Shown: positions 1 to 9,493 of the stretch, in pieces | Layout: each line of letters starts with the position of its first letter | Position numbering within the stretch: position 1 is the stretch's first letter | Source of the DNA: an uncultured Chlamydiales bacterium | GTDB lineage: Bacteria > Chlamydiota > Chlamydiia > Chlamydiales > Rhabdochlamydiaceae | Direction of reading: 5' to 3' | Length of the DNA stretch: 64,000 nt | Assembly: GCA_963700985.1 (NCBI GenBank) | Contig: OY969554.1 | Location: forward strand, 128,001 to 192,000 | The notes under the pieces: generated by a model | The model's input: only the letters and a program-made list of their open reading frames with translations | Told to the model about the DNA's origin: nothing | Databases searched by the model: none | Position numbers and translations under genes: made by a program

Positions 1-276
1 ATTATTCGAGAAGTAAATAGAGTTCTTAGGAGTGAAAATGTGCCCTCTGTATTTCCCATTATGGAGTTATCTCCTGAGGAATTTTCTCTTTCTAAATATG
101 AGAATTTACAGCGAAAAACCCCTGAGGCAAACTCATGGGATTTGATTGATAACTGTCTTTTGGGTAACGCGCGCATACTTGGAAATCAGATCCAGATTGT
201 TTGGGGGCGTTTTGGAACAGTAGAGGCTCAAAAAAAAGACAATAAGTATTATCTGGTTTTTGCAAAGAAAAGCTAG
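1..276 (+). CDS. 3' part of a gene truncated by the window edge; possibly a class I SAM-dependent methyltransferase C-terminus
   Basis: Frame is open from base 1 (IIREVNRVLRSENVPSVF...) to TAG 274-276. The 'REVNRVLR' motif resembles the post-motif-II helix of methyltransferases. A terminator follows. Confidence 0.4.
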   Translation: MIREVNRVLRSENVPSVFPIMELSPEEFSLSKYENLQRKTPEANSWDLIDNCLLGNARILGNQIQIVWGRFGTVEAQKKDNKYYLVFAKKS

Positions 277-301
277 TAGCTTTCTGTAGAAATTTTCTCA
301 T

Positions 302-337
302 AACCGCGCCTTGTAAAAGTGCGCGGTTTTCTTTTTT
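302..337 (+). terminator. Rho-independent terminator
   Basis: AACCGCGC (302-309) / GCGCGGTT (321-328) stem followed by TTCTTTTTT. Confidence 0.7.
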
Positions 338-390
338 AATATCAAAAATTCAGCCGCCGAGATTTGTTTAAATATTCCTAAAAAAGAGTA

Positions 391-419
391 TTGACAGCAG
401 ACAATCTGATGATCACAAT
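391..419 (+). promoter_or_regulatory. sigma70/sigma66-type promoter for the SDR-azoR-ADH operon
   Basis: TTGACA (391-396), 17-bp spacer, CACAAT (414-419), 24 bp upstream of ATG 444. Confidence 0.55.
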
Positions 420-443
420 GCGTGATTAAAAATAGAGTGAATC

Positions 444-1205
444 ATGGGAAAAGTTTTAGAAGGCAAAGTGGCGATTGTCACGGGTGGCACAAGCGGTATT
501 GGGCGAGCGAGTGCAATTGAGCTTGCCAAAGCCGGTGCTAAAGTTGTGGTTAGCGGCCGACGCGAAAAAGAGGGGCAAGAAACTGTGCAGCTCATTCAAA
601 AAGCTGGCGGCACGAGCCTATTTGTGAAAGTCGACATCACTAAGGAATCTGATATAGCCCAAATGGTGAAAAAGACGCTTGATACTTATGGAAGGCTTGA
701 TATCGCTTTTAACAATGCTGGTATTTTAGCTCATGGTCCAATTACTCAGGTGACGGAAGAAGAATACAAACAGGTCTTTGACGCAAACGTGAAGGGAGTG
801 CTTCTTTCTATGAAGCATGAAGTTCCGGCTATGTTGAAGAGCGGCGGCGGTTCGATCATCAACATGTCCTCAATTGCAGGGCTCATTAGTTTAAAAGAAG
901 TATCGATTTATTCTGCGAGTAAGCACGCGGTTGTCGGCATGATCAAATCAGCCGCATTAGAATTGGCAAAGCAGAACATCCGTGTTAACGGAGTGGCGCC
1001 TGCAGGTATAGAGACAGACATGTTAACGAGTTTTGTGCCGGATTTAGAGAGTCAGGAAGCTAAAAAATTTCGAGAGCTGCATCCCATGGGTCGCTTTGGT
1101 AAGTCTGAGGAAATTGCAAGTGTGGTGCTTTTTCTCGCCTCTTCTGCATCATCTTTTATTACAGGTCAAACAATTGCCATCGATGGCGGTTACACAGCAA
1201 CATAA
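444..1205 (+). CDS. Short-chain dehydrogenase/reductase (glucose 1-dehydrogenase-like SDR)
   Basis: TGGTSGIG Rossmann motif, NNAG, YSASK catalytic motif, C-terminal ITGQTIAIDGG. Confidence 0.95.
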   Translation: MGKVLEGKVAIVTGGTSGIGRASAIELAKAGAKVVVSGRREKEGQETVQLIQKAGGTSLFVKVDITKESDIAQMVKKTLDTYGRLDIAFNNAGILAHGPITQVTEEEYKQVFDANVKGVLLSMKHEVPAMLKSGGGSIINMSSIAGLISLKEVSIYSASKHAVVGMIKSAALELAKQNIRVNGVAPAGIETDMLTSFVPDLESQEAKKFRELHPMGRFGKSEEIASVVLFLASSASSFITGQTIAIDGGYTAT

Positions 1206-1220
1206 TTACAGGAAAATAAT

Positions 1221-1850
1221 ATGGCTAAACTACTCTATATCGAAGCTTCTCCCAGAAAAAAGCGCTCTAGCTCAATCTCGGAGGCGAATGTCTTCTTAAA
1301 TGAATACCGCAAGGCTCATCCTCAAGATGAGATCATAACCATCGATTTATGGAAAAAGCAGCTCCCAGCTTTTGACGGCGATGTGATCGATGCAAAATAT
1401 GACATCATGAACGGGCAGACGCCAACGGAGGCGCATGCCAAAGCATGGAAAGCTGTCGAAGAGGTGATTGCTGAGTTTAAAAATGCAGACAAGTATGTGA
1501 TCTCTCTTCCTATGTGGAACTTTAGCATTCCTTACAAACTCAAACACTACATCGATGTGCTAGTTCAACCTGGTTATACATTTAGTTATTCGCCGGAATC
1601 TGGCTATAAAGGCTTGATGGCTGGCAAAAAGATGCTTCTGATTTGTGCCCGTGGGGGCGCTTATGGGCCCGGATCGGGCATGGAGCAGTTAGATATGCAA
1701 ACGCGCTATATGGAAACGATTCTGCAGTTCATCGGCTTCCAAGGCATAACTTCTATCGTGATCGAGCCTACAGGTGCAGGTACAGAAAAAAAAGAACAGG
1801 CAGTCAAAAAAGCAAATGAGCAAGCTTTAAAAGCAGCAGCTCAATTTTAG
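1221..1850 (+). CDS. azoR: FMN-dependent NADH-azoreductase (flavodoxin-like fold)
   Basis: SPR...S.S N-terminal motif, PMWNFSIPYKLKHYID, ARGG motif. Confidence 0.9.
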   Translation: MAKLLYIEASPRKKRSSSISEANVFLNEYRKAHPQDEIITIDLWKKQLPAFDGDVIDAKYDIMNGQTPTEAHAKAWKAVEEVIAEFKNADKYVISLPMWNFSIPYKLKHYIDVLVQPGYTFSYSPESGYKGLMAGKKMLLICARGGAYGPGSGMEQLDMQTRYMETILQFIGFQGITSIVIEPTGAGTEKKEQAVKKANEQALKAAAQF

Positions 1851-1859
1851 GAGAAAATT

Positions 1860-2879
1860 ATGGCAAAGATGCGTGTAGTTCAGGTCTCAAAAGCTAAAGG
1901 TCCTTTAGAGTTGGTTGAGCGCGATATTCCAGAACCTGGTGCTAAAAAAGTACGGATTAAGATCCAAGCTTGTGGCATCTGCCATAGTGACTCTTTTACG
2001 AAGGAAGGAACCTTCCCAGGCATTAAATATCCCCGTGTTCCGGGTCATGAAGTTGCAGGTGTGATTGATAAGTTGGGAGCAGATGTGGCTGAGTGGAAGG
2101 TCGGTCAGCGTGTGGGTGTGGGGTGGCATGGTGGACACTGTTTTCATTGTGAACCTTGCAGACGAGGGGATTTCAATCTCTGCAGAAACGGCCAAGTTTC
2201 AGGCATCTCCTACGATGGAGGCTATGCTGAATACATGATTGCACCCCAAGAGGCATTAGCTTTAATTCCTGATGATCTCTCCGCGGTAGACGCGGGGCCA
2301 CTTATGTGCGCCGGGATTACAACTTTCAATGCCCTTAGAAATAGTGGCGCCCGTCCAGGTGATCGGGTCGCTATTCTCGGAGTTGGAGGACTTGGGCATC
2401 TAGCTATACAATTCGCTGCCAAGATGGGTTTTAATACCGTGGCCATCGCACGCGGAAAAGACAAAGAGGCTTTGGCCAAAAAGCTCGGTGCCAAGCTATA
2501 TCTCGATAGTCAAACTCAAGATCCAGCTGCGGAATTGGCTAAACTTGGAGGTGCTAAAGTCATTCTGGCCACAGCCACGAACAGCGAAGCTATAAATAAA
2601 CTCATTGGGGGAGTGTCGTTGAATGGAAAGTTGGTCGTAGTGGGCATCAGCAATGAGCCGCTACAAATACCAACACTCTCGTTAATTGGAGCGCGCTCTT
2701 CCGTTACGGGCTGGCCATCCGGAACGGCCATGGATTCGCAAGATACGATGTCTTTTTGCTCTTTAACTGGCGTACGATCGATGAATGAGACCTACCCGCT
2801 CGAACGCGCGGCAGAGGCTTACGATCGGATGATGGAGGGCAAAGCGCGCTTCCGTATTGTGCTTACGACAGGCCTATAG
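1860..2879 (+). CDS. Zinc-dependent alcohol dehydrogenase
   Basis: CHSD and GHE catalytic Zn ligands, CFHCEPCRRGDFNLC structural Zn site, GVGGLG NAD motif. Confidence 0.95.
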   Translation: MAKMRVVQVSKAKGPLELVERDIPEPGAKKVRIKIQACGICHSDSFTKEGTFPGIKYPRVPGHEVAGVIDKLGADVAEWKVGQRVGVGWHGGHCFHCEPCRRGDFNLCRNGQVSGISYDGGYAEYMIAPQEALALIPDDLSAVDAGPLMCAGITTFNALRNSGARPGDRVAILGVGGLGHLAIQFAAKMGFNTVAIARGKDKEALAKKLGAKLYLDSQTQDPAAELAKLGGAKVILATATNSEAINKLIGGVSLNGKLVVVGISNEPLQIPTLSLIGARSSVTGWPSGTAMDSQDTMSFCSLTGVRSMNETYPLERAAEAYDRMMEGKARFRIVLTTGL

Positions 2880-2883
2880 TCGG

Positions 2884-3183
2884 TTAGTTTTTGCTGCGTT
2901 TAGTTTTGCGCGCAAATACGAGAAAACCTCCGCCGATTGCTAGGATGATGCCAGTAATTAGGCACATAGCATGCGATCGGTGGTGTTCGACCATTTTTAC
3001 CTCAGGGGTCCCGCCAAAAAACTTGATCAGGGGGTTCCACATGGGATTATGCATGAAGAAATCGGATATCGATTTGCCCACGCCTTTTGCTTCTGGAACT
3101 TTCTCCATTGCATGAATGGAAAAAATAATAAGAAAAAGTCCTGCCACAAAGATAATCATCCCCACAATACGCTTACGGTTCAT
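2884..3183 (-). CDS. Small two-TM membrane protein
   Basis: Two hydrophobic segments with basic termini; ATGA overlap with the upstream GNAT gene. Confidence 0.7.
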   Translation of the reverse strand: MNRKRIVGMIIFVAGLFLIIFSIHAMEKVPEAKGVGKSISDFFMHNPMWNPLIKFFGGTPEVKMVEHHRSHAMCLITGIILAIGGGFLVFARKTKRSKN

Positions 3184-3641
3184 GCTACCTCTTTGGGTTT
3201 TAAGACGGCATCTAAGGGCTTTCTGAGTATGTACATCTTAGAGTCTTTTTCATAGCCAGTGCGCTCGAACTCAATCTTATACCCCAGTTTTTGATAGAAG
3301 GAGAGAGCCTCCCAGTCCATGGCAGTAACGGTGGCGAAAGTACATTTTCTTTTTTTGCCTAACTTCTCAGCTTCATGAATAAGTTGCGTGCCCCACTCTT
3401 TATGACGGTAATCGGGGTGAACCCAGAGTGTATCTATGTAAAGACACCCATAGAAAGTCGTGCCGGTGGCTCCAGCTAGGACAGCGTCTTTAGAATCTTT
3501 GATCAAAAATGCAAAGGGGACAATCTTCCCCATATCTTTGGCTTTTGCGGCTTCTTGGCTAAGCCCTTCTATTAGCGCGTGATGCTCATCGGGAGAAGCG
3601 CTCTCTTTAAATTTGAGTTCGTATACTTCTTTTTTAGCCAT
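3180..3641 (-). CDS. GNAT family N-acetyltransferase
   Basis: LWVHPDYRHKEWGTQL acetyl-CoA motif A, ALSFYQKLGY motif B. Confidence 0.9.
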   Translation of the reverse strand: MAKKEVYELKFKESASPDEHHALIEGLSQEAAKAKDMGKIVPFAFLIKDSKDAVLAGATGTTFYGCLYIDTLWVHPDYRHKEWGTQLIHEAEKLGKKRKCTFATVTAMDWEALSFYQKLGYKIEFERTGYEKDSKMYILRKPLDAVLKPKEVA

Positions 3642-3833
3642 ATGCCAGTAAAAACTCTTTTTAATAGATTAAAACCATATAATATTACTTTTAATTAAAT
3701 GTTATATATTTATCCAGTGTTAATTACATTTAATTATAAATAAGAGCTGTTTATTTGAAGATGTGGACATAAGAGGACATCGACATCGCTACATAATCTG
3801 GTTTTAAGGCAGCTTCTGAGGACTTGATTGCTA

Positions 3834-4871
3834 TTATTCGCGTGAGGATCCAAACCTATAGTTCAGCAGAATCACGGGGAGGTCGGGATTGAAAAAAGTG
3901 GCCCATAGGCTGAGGTTTGAACTTGTGCGGATGAGTAAGCTACACTTCGAAAGTAGCAAGGCGTCTACAATGGCTTGTCTTCCGACATCATATTGATTCT
4001 GGGCAGAGTGGTGCACGCTTTTGAAATTTATCGAGCGTGTTGCTTCTGTGCAGATGACTTTACCGGGGAATTTTGCTGCCATGTAATTTAGAAATGGCTG
4101 CTCGTCTGTTGCAACGAAGATTTTGTAGTGGGCGTGGGTTAGCTTAGAGAGCTGCTGCCAAACTGCTTGTTCTGCTTGGCGGTAGGTAACACGCGGTGCT
4201 TCGGTGGATTTATCGGTGCCGCGATAGTGCACGCCGATGATAAAATGATCTTGGAAATTTTCTGCCGCGAAATTTTCAACTTCTTCAAGAATGTGTTCTT
4301 TTACTTTGATATGTTTTTTTAGAAGAAGAGCGGCGTCTTCGCGTGGGATTTGCATTCTGATGGCCGCGGCTAACTGATTCAGTTCATCTCGGAGTGAGGA
4401 TTCTATGCTTAAACTCATGCCTAAGCTTGGATCTTCAAGAGAGCTGTCGATAAAATTCAGGCTTGGATCGAGGCTGGCATCGAGCTCTGCTGGCTCTAAA
4501 AAAACGCAGCGCGCTGTGGTAGAAGCTAGCTCTAAATTTTTATAGACCGGTTCGAAATAGTACTCCCACCAGTTGGGGCCGTGTGTCGGATCGTAATAAA
4601 TACCCTTATTTCCAAAATCTACTGCTAAACCTCGATAATAACCCTGTTCGAGGAGGTAGAGATGGCCAAGCACGAGGTTGCAAATCGCAAACATGCCTGC
4701 TCGGGGATAGGTTGGGGTAACCCACATAAAATCTTGAAGGCGTCCATCTGCGTTTTTTTCCATAGCTCCCGAAAATGCTCTTTGAAAAATGTCTGGTGAT
4801 TCTTCGCGATTGTATGCATTGAGCTGAGTGGAAAAAAATAGAGCAAAAATAAATAAAAGACGCACGCGCAT
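3834..4871 (-). CDS. NodZ-like (GT23-type) alpha-1,6-fucosyltransferase with N-terminal signal peptide
   Basis: GVHYRGTDK, IFVATDE and DALLLSKC...SSNLS GDP-fucose motifs; NWWEYYFEP as in NodZ. Confidence 0.8.
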   Translation of the reverse strand: MRVRLLFIFALFFSTQLNAYNREESPDIFQRAFSGAMEKNADGRLQDFMWVTPTYPRAGMFAICNLVLGHLYLLEQGYYRGLAVDFGNKGIYYDPTHGPNWWEYYFEPVYKNLELASTTARCVFLEPAELDASLDPSLNFIDSSLEDPSLGMSLSIESSLRDELNQLAAAIRMQIPREDAALLLKKHIKVKEHILEEVENFAAENFQDHFIIGVHYRGTDKSTEAPRVTYRQAEQAVWQQLSKLTHAHYKIFVATDEQPFLNYMAAKFPGKVICTEATRSINFKSVHHSAQNQYDVGRQAIVDALLLSKCSLLIRTSSNLSLWATFFNPDLPVILLNYRFGSSRE

Positions 4872-4884
4872 GGGGATCTCTCGA

Positions 4885-5649
4885 TTAATTGAAGGTTTCT
4901 AGATTTGGAACGGAGTAGCCAAACTGATGCATTAAGCTTCCCAATTGCTCTCCGATTAGATTTAAGTCTTCTTGGGAATAATGGCGAATATGTTTTAACA
5001 CTCCGCCGCTAGGAGGATATTTTGCTACTGCACGGTTTATATCTTCTGCTGTAACTGTGTGGCTGGCTGCCTGCAAAATTTCCCATAGCACAGCATGAGG
5101 ATGCGCATAGAGATCTTCGTAACGCACTGTTAGCACATTGGGCTGCTGATTCCAAAAAATCTGAAATTTTTCCCACATGTCAATAAAATGTAGCAGCAGT
5201 CTTTTGGGGATTTTTGGAGCAAGTTGCTTGCCGCGTCCATTATAAACGCGAAGCGAATAGAAACTGTCGATGGGATGACGGACAATACGTATCGTTTTGG
5301 TTCCGCTTAAAGACCCAATTTTTCTCCACTGTGCAAAACAGGGGAAATGGGTCTTTATGACAGCGCTTTCTCCCGGCTCTGGATAGCGACATCCACCTTC
5401 GTAGCCATGGTCAACCGCATAGCCTCCCCATGGGAAGGGAGTTTTTAAGTGGGCTGGGTCTTTTTCGGGATACATAGAGCTTGTGGCGATGTGCGTAGCT
5501 TCTTCGATTAAATAGCGTATCCAATGGTTACCAGATCGTGGGAAGGTGGCTAAGTAGATGATCTGCCACTCGCTGGCGAGGCCCTGTGCAGTTGTTAAAA
5601 CAAAAAAGAGGCTGAAAGTTAGGAGGGTTAAGAGACGTTTTGCGCGCAT
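4885..5649 (-). CDS. PAPS-dependent sulfotransferase with N-terminal signal peptide
   Basis: TFPRSGNHW 5'-PSB loop, KTH, RHPIDSFYS 3'-PB motif, RYEDL. Confidence 0.85.
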   Translation of the reverse strand: MRAKRLLTLLTFSLFFVLTTAQGLASEWQIIYLATFPRSGNHWIRYLIEEATHIATSSMYPEKDPAHLKTPFPWGGYAVDHGYEGGCRYPEPGESAVIKTHFPCFAQWRKIGSLSGTKTIRIVRHPIDSFYSLRVYNGRGKQLAPKIPKRLLLHFIDMWEKFQIFWNQQPNVLTVRYEDLYAHPHAVLWEILQAASHTVTAEDINRAVAKYPPSGGVLKHIRHYSQEDLNLIGEQLGSLMHQFGYSVPNLETFN

Positions 5650-5736
5650 GTAAATCCATTTTTGTCACGATCTTCATATATACTTGATTTTTTATTCAAG
5701 ACCTCGCACATATCAAGTTAATATGTGAGGTATGTT

Positions 5737-7626
5737 ATGGCAAAAGTTCTGGGTATCGATTTAGGGACATCCAATTGCGCGGCGTCGGTGGTACAAGCTG
5801 GCCGGCCCGTGATTATTCCTTCAGCTGAAGGCGCCGGTGTAGCTTCAGGAAAGGCTTTCCCTTCCTTTGTAGCTTTTACCAAAGAAGGACAGCGCCTAGT
5901 GGGAGAGCCCGCTCGCAGGCAGATGGCGATCAATCCAGAAGGCACAATTTTCGCAGCCAAGCGCAAGATGGGGACCAACTTCAAGTTCAACGTCTACGGA
6001 CAAGAGTATACGCCACAACAAATCTCAGCCTTTCTCTTACAAAAAATTAAGCAAGATTCTGAAGCTTTTCTCGGTGAAAAGATCGATGAGGCTGTGATCA
6101 CTTGCCCTGCCTATTTTGATGACAACCAACGCACAGCGACCAAAGATGCCGGTGAAATCGCTGGATTCAAGGTTCTACGCATCATTAACGAACCAACAGC
6201 AGCCTGCTTAGCCTATGGATTAGAAAAGGCGGGTAAAGAGCTTAAAATCCTAGTTTTTGACTTTGGCGGCGGTACGCTCGATGTCACGATTATGGAGATG
6301 TGGAAAGAGGGTGGATTTAAAGTGATGTCCACTAGCGGAGATACACAGCTTGGCGGGACAGATATGGACAATGCGCTGATCGAGTATGTAGTCAGCGATT
6401 TTCAAAAGAATTCAGGCATCGATCTCAGAAAAGATAAACTAGCCATGAGACGAATTCAGGAAGCTGTCGAGAAAGCTAAGGTTGAACTTTCTAGCACGCT
6501 GACTACCGATATCAATCTTCCATTCATCTCTGCGGATGCCGAAGGCCCAAAGCACCTTACGATGACCATCAATCGCGCCAAGCTCGAAGAGCTGATCCAG
6601 CCTATCGTAGATCGCTGCCGCGGACCGCTGGAACATGCGCTTAAAGATGCGAAAGATGCATTTCAGAAAGAGGGGATCGAATTCACAGAGAAGTCCATCG
6701 ATAAAATTATCATGGTTGGCGGACCGACGCGTATGCCCGTCGTGCAGAAATTTGTAGAGAGCTATTTTGGTAAAAAAATCGAACGAGGCGTTGATCCGAT
6801 GGAGTGCGTGGCCATGGGCGCAGCAATCCAAGGGGCGATCATCAAAGGCGAGATTAAGGACGTACTTCTTTTAGATGTGACTCCACTTTCTTTAGGCCTA
6901 GAAACTCTGGGAAATGTCAACACCAAGCTGATCGAGCGAAACACGACCATTCCTACTCGTAAAACCGAGACCTTCTCTACCGCTGCTGATAATCAATCCG
7001 CGGTTACAATTCGCGTTTTGCAGGGTGAAAGACCCATGGCGAATGATAACGTTGAACTCGGGAGATTTGATCTGGTTGGTATTCCACCGGCTGCCAGAGG
7101 AATTCCTCAAATTGAAGTGACGTTTGACATCGATGCGAATGGAATTGTCAAAGTCTCGGCAAAAGATAAAGGCTCTGGTAAGGAACAATCGATCAACATC
7201 ACGGCACCTAAGAAGCTCTCAAAAGAAGAGATCGATAAAATGGTGCAAGATGCTGAGCGCTTTGCAGCAGAAGATGCGAAGCGTAAGGAAGAGGTCGAGG
7301 TGATGAATCAGGCTGATAGCTTAATTTATGCCACCGAGAAATCCCTTAAAGATTTTGGAAGCAAGGTAAATCAGGGTGAGCGTGGTGACATCGAAGCTAA
7401 ACTCAACCAGCTACGCAATGCGATAAAAGATAAAAATGTTCTCCAGATCAAAAAGGGAATGGATGAGCTCAATCAAGCTTCGCATAAGCTAGCGGAAGAG
7501 ATCTACCGTCAGACGCAAAAAGGGCAGCCTCAAACTGGACAACAGCCGCCGCCTAAAGATAAAAAAGATGATGTCATCGATGCTGAATACAAAGACGATG
7601 ATGACAATCATAGGAAACAAGCGTAA
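5737..7626 (+). CDS. dnaK: Molecular chaperone DnaK (Hsp70), short archaeal/monoderm type
   Basis: [48 protein letters not shown] before ATG 5737. Confidence 0.97.
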   Translation: MAKVLGIDLGTSNCAASVVQAGRPVIIPSAEGAGVASGKAFPSFVAFTKEGQRLVGEPARRQMAINPEGTIFAAKRKMGTNFKFNVYGQEYTPQQISAFLLQKIKQDSEAFLGEKIDEAVITCPAYFDDNQRTATKDAGEIAGFKVLRIINEPTAACLAYGLEKAGKELKILVFDFGGGTLDVTIMEMWKEGGFKVMSTSGDTQLGGTDMDNALIEYVVSDFQKNSGIDLRKDKLAMRRIQEAVEKAKVELSSTLTTDINLPFISADAEGPKHLTMTINRAKLEELIQPIVDRCRGPLEHALKDAKDAFQKEGIEFTEKSIDKIIMVGGPTRMPVVQKFVESYFGKKIERGVDPMECVAMGAAIQGAIIKGEIKDVLLLDVTPLSLGLETLGNVNTKLIERNTTIPTRKTETFSTAADNQSAVTIRVLQGERPMANDNVELGRFDLVGIPPAARGIPQIEVTFDIDANGIVKVSAKDKGSGKEQSINITAPKKLSKEEIDKMVQDAERFAAEDAKRKEEVEVMNQADSLIYATEKSLKDFGSKVNQGERGDIEAKLNQLRNAIKDKNVLQIKKGMDELNQASHKLAEEIYRQTQKGQPQTGQQPPPKDKKDDVIDAEYKDDDDNHRKQA

Positions 7627-7645
7627 CACATGCCCCGAGACTCAC

Positions 7646-8533
7646 ATGCCCCGAGATTATTATGAGACCCTCGGGGTCTCCAAGAAAGCCAGTCTCGAGG
7701 AGATTAAAAAGGCCTATCGCGAATCCGCGCTAAGGTTTCACCCAGATCGCGTGCCGGAAGCTGAGAAGAAAGCCGCTGAGGAGAAATTCAAAGAGATCTC
7801 CGAAGCCTACGCCATTCTTTCCGACCCTCAAAAAAGAGCGCTATATGATCAGCGAGGCCATGCTGGAATCAGCCAAAATTATGCTTACGAAGATATCATG
7901 CGAGAGGCCGATTTCGGCTCGATCTTTCAAGATCTTTCCGATTACGGCGTAGGCGAGGATCTCTTCGAGCAGCTTTTCGGCAATTTAGGTGCCGCGCGTT
8001 TTGGAAGAGGATCTCAGGGGCGTCGCCGCAGCTACGATCTTCAAGTCACCGTAGATATTTCCCTGAAAGAAGCCGCACAAGGAACGGAGAAGACTTTCAC
8101 ATTGCCGCTCAAACCTCCGCAACATCTTACAATTACCATCCCCAAAGGCGTAGATACAGGTTCTCAACTTAGGCTTAAAGGTAAGGGAGAAGAGGGCAGG
8201 GGAGATCTATATGTGTTAATTGAGGTGAGGCCTCATCCTCTATTCGAAAGGCAAGGCAGTAATTTATATACTGAGCTGGCAGTGCCTCTTTCCACGGCAG
8301 TCCTAGGAGGAGAGGTGAAGGTTCCTACGCTTTTCGGCAGCGCTTCGATGAAAATTCCCCAAGGCACGCAAAGTGGGCAGCTCTTTCGCCTTCAGGGCAA
8401 AGGCATGCCAAATTTAAAAGGTTCTAGACTCGGCGATGAGTTTGTACGTATCAAAATTCAGATTCCCACTTCTCTCACTTCTGAGCAGCGCAAGCTCATG
8501 GAAGCTTTTGCTAAAGCTCACGGAGATAATTAA
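7646..8533 (+). CDS. Class B J-domain co-chaperone (DnaJ/CbpA-like, no zinc finger)
   Basis: [12 protein letters not shown]-domain with HPD motif, C-terminal DnaJ_C (GDLYV...HPLFER), no CxxCxGxG repeats; real start is probably ATG 7646. Confidence 0.92.
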   Translation: MPRDYYETLGVSKKASLEEIKKAYRESALRFHPDRVPEAEKKAAEEKFKEISEAYAILSDPQKRALYDQRGHAGISQNYAYEDIMREADFGSIFQDLSDYGVGEDLFEQLFGNLGAARFGRGSQGRRRSYDLQVTVDISLKEAAQGTEKTFTLPLKPPQHLTITIPKGVDTGSQLRLKGKGEEGRGDLYVLIEVRPHPLFERQGSNLYTELAVPLSTAVLGGEVKVPTLFGSASMKIPQGTQSGQLFRLQGKGMPNLKGSRLGDEFVRIKIQIPTSLTSEQRKLMEAFAKAHGDN

Positions 8534-9006
8534 ACGTTTTTTAGGAAATCTTGATAGAGAAGCAAACTACTGCGAGTGCTTTCAGGCAAACTCTTCTCTT
8601 TCAGCTCTTCGATGAGCGTGGAGATCTTTGCTAATCTGACTGAATCTTGAAACTGTTGTTCTTGAGGGATCGCTTTAGTATAGAGATATAAGCTTAGGAT
8701 TTTTAAGCGAAGCGCCTCTTCGGAATTCTTTTGGGCATCTCGAATTTCAGCTAACTCATAAAACAAGTCTGCGCAAAGCACGCACTGTTCAGTGTCAAGT
8801 TCACCAGAATAGCGTCTAAAATGATCTAGAAGCTGGTCTGGGCTGCGATATAAGAGAAGGGAGAGATCGGTCTTTAAATAGAAGCGGCTGGCTGTTTGGA
8901 TCTGCTCAAGCGCTTCTTCAAATTTTCCGGCATTCTTTTTCGAGATAATTGAAGCGAGAAGTTGAACGAAGTGCTCGATGGCGCGCATGATGTAATCTTT
9001 TTGCAT
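8530..9006 (-). CDS. Helical hypothetical protein (DUF6483-like)
   Basis: N-terminal [12 protein letters not shown] motif; helical/TPR-like composition. Confidence 0.65.
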   Translation of the reverse strand: MQKDYIMRAIEHFVQLLASIISKKNAGKFEEALEQIQTASRFYLKTDLSLLLYRSPDQLLDHFRRYSGELDTEQCVLCADLFYELAEIRDAQKNSEEALRLKILSLYLYTKAIPQEQQFQDSVRLAKISTLIEELKEKSLPESTRSSLLLYQDFLKNV

Positions 9007-9025
9007 GATCGAATCTCTTGCGAAC

Positions 9026-9490
9026 TTAAGCCATTTTTTTGCTGAGCCACATTTGATAGTAGCCTAATGCTTCTTCGCCGGCGGCGATGAGCGGGAGCTC
9101 TAGGGCTTGAGGAATAGTTACCCATTTGGCGTCTAGGTGCTCGCCTAAGCCTAGGTTGATTGAGGGGTAGTCTGTGAACTTCTTGCGAAAGATGTGAAAG
9201 ACATAATCATATTCGGGTTGGCGAATATGGAGCGTGCCCAACTTTTCTAGTTCAGCATCATCGATTTGCAGGCCGACTTCTTCGAAAACTTCTCGAATTA
9301 CGGCAGCACGCGCATCTTCTGTTTTTTCTAGTTTACCACCTGGCACGCACCAAGTGTTGCCTTGGGGCTTGGTAGGTAGTCTCTTTAAAAGCAGGATTTT
9401 ATCTTCGAATTCGCAATAGCATCCAGCAGCTTCCACTTTAGGAGAAAAATCTGCTGGAGGCTCTGTAAAAATGAAGCTCTTTATAACCAT
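9026..9490 (-). CDS. NUDIX hydrolase
   Basis: Nudix box GGKLEKTEDARAAVIREVFEEVGL. Confidence 0.92.
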   Translation of the reverse strand: MVIKSFIFTEPPADFSPKVEAAGCYCEFEDKILLLKRLPTKPQGNTWCVPGGKLEKTEDARAAVIREVFEEVGLQIDDAELEKLGTLHIRQPEYDYVFHIFRKKFTDYPSINLGLGEHLDAKWVTIPQALELPLIAAGEEALGYYQMWLSKKMA

Positions 9491-9493
9491 AAT

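Noticed and set aside
5650-5736. CIRCE/HrcA operator upstream of dnaK
   Set aside because: No TTAGCACTC-N9-GAGTGCTAA match; only a weak CTTGA/TCAAG inverted repeat.
7568-7645. N-terminal extensions from the ORF track (dnaJ from 7568; likewise cyoD 18271, hsdR 56509, DUF1207 58784)
   Set aside because: They overlap upstream genes or intergenic DNA; downstream ATGs match the family N-termini.
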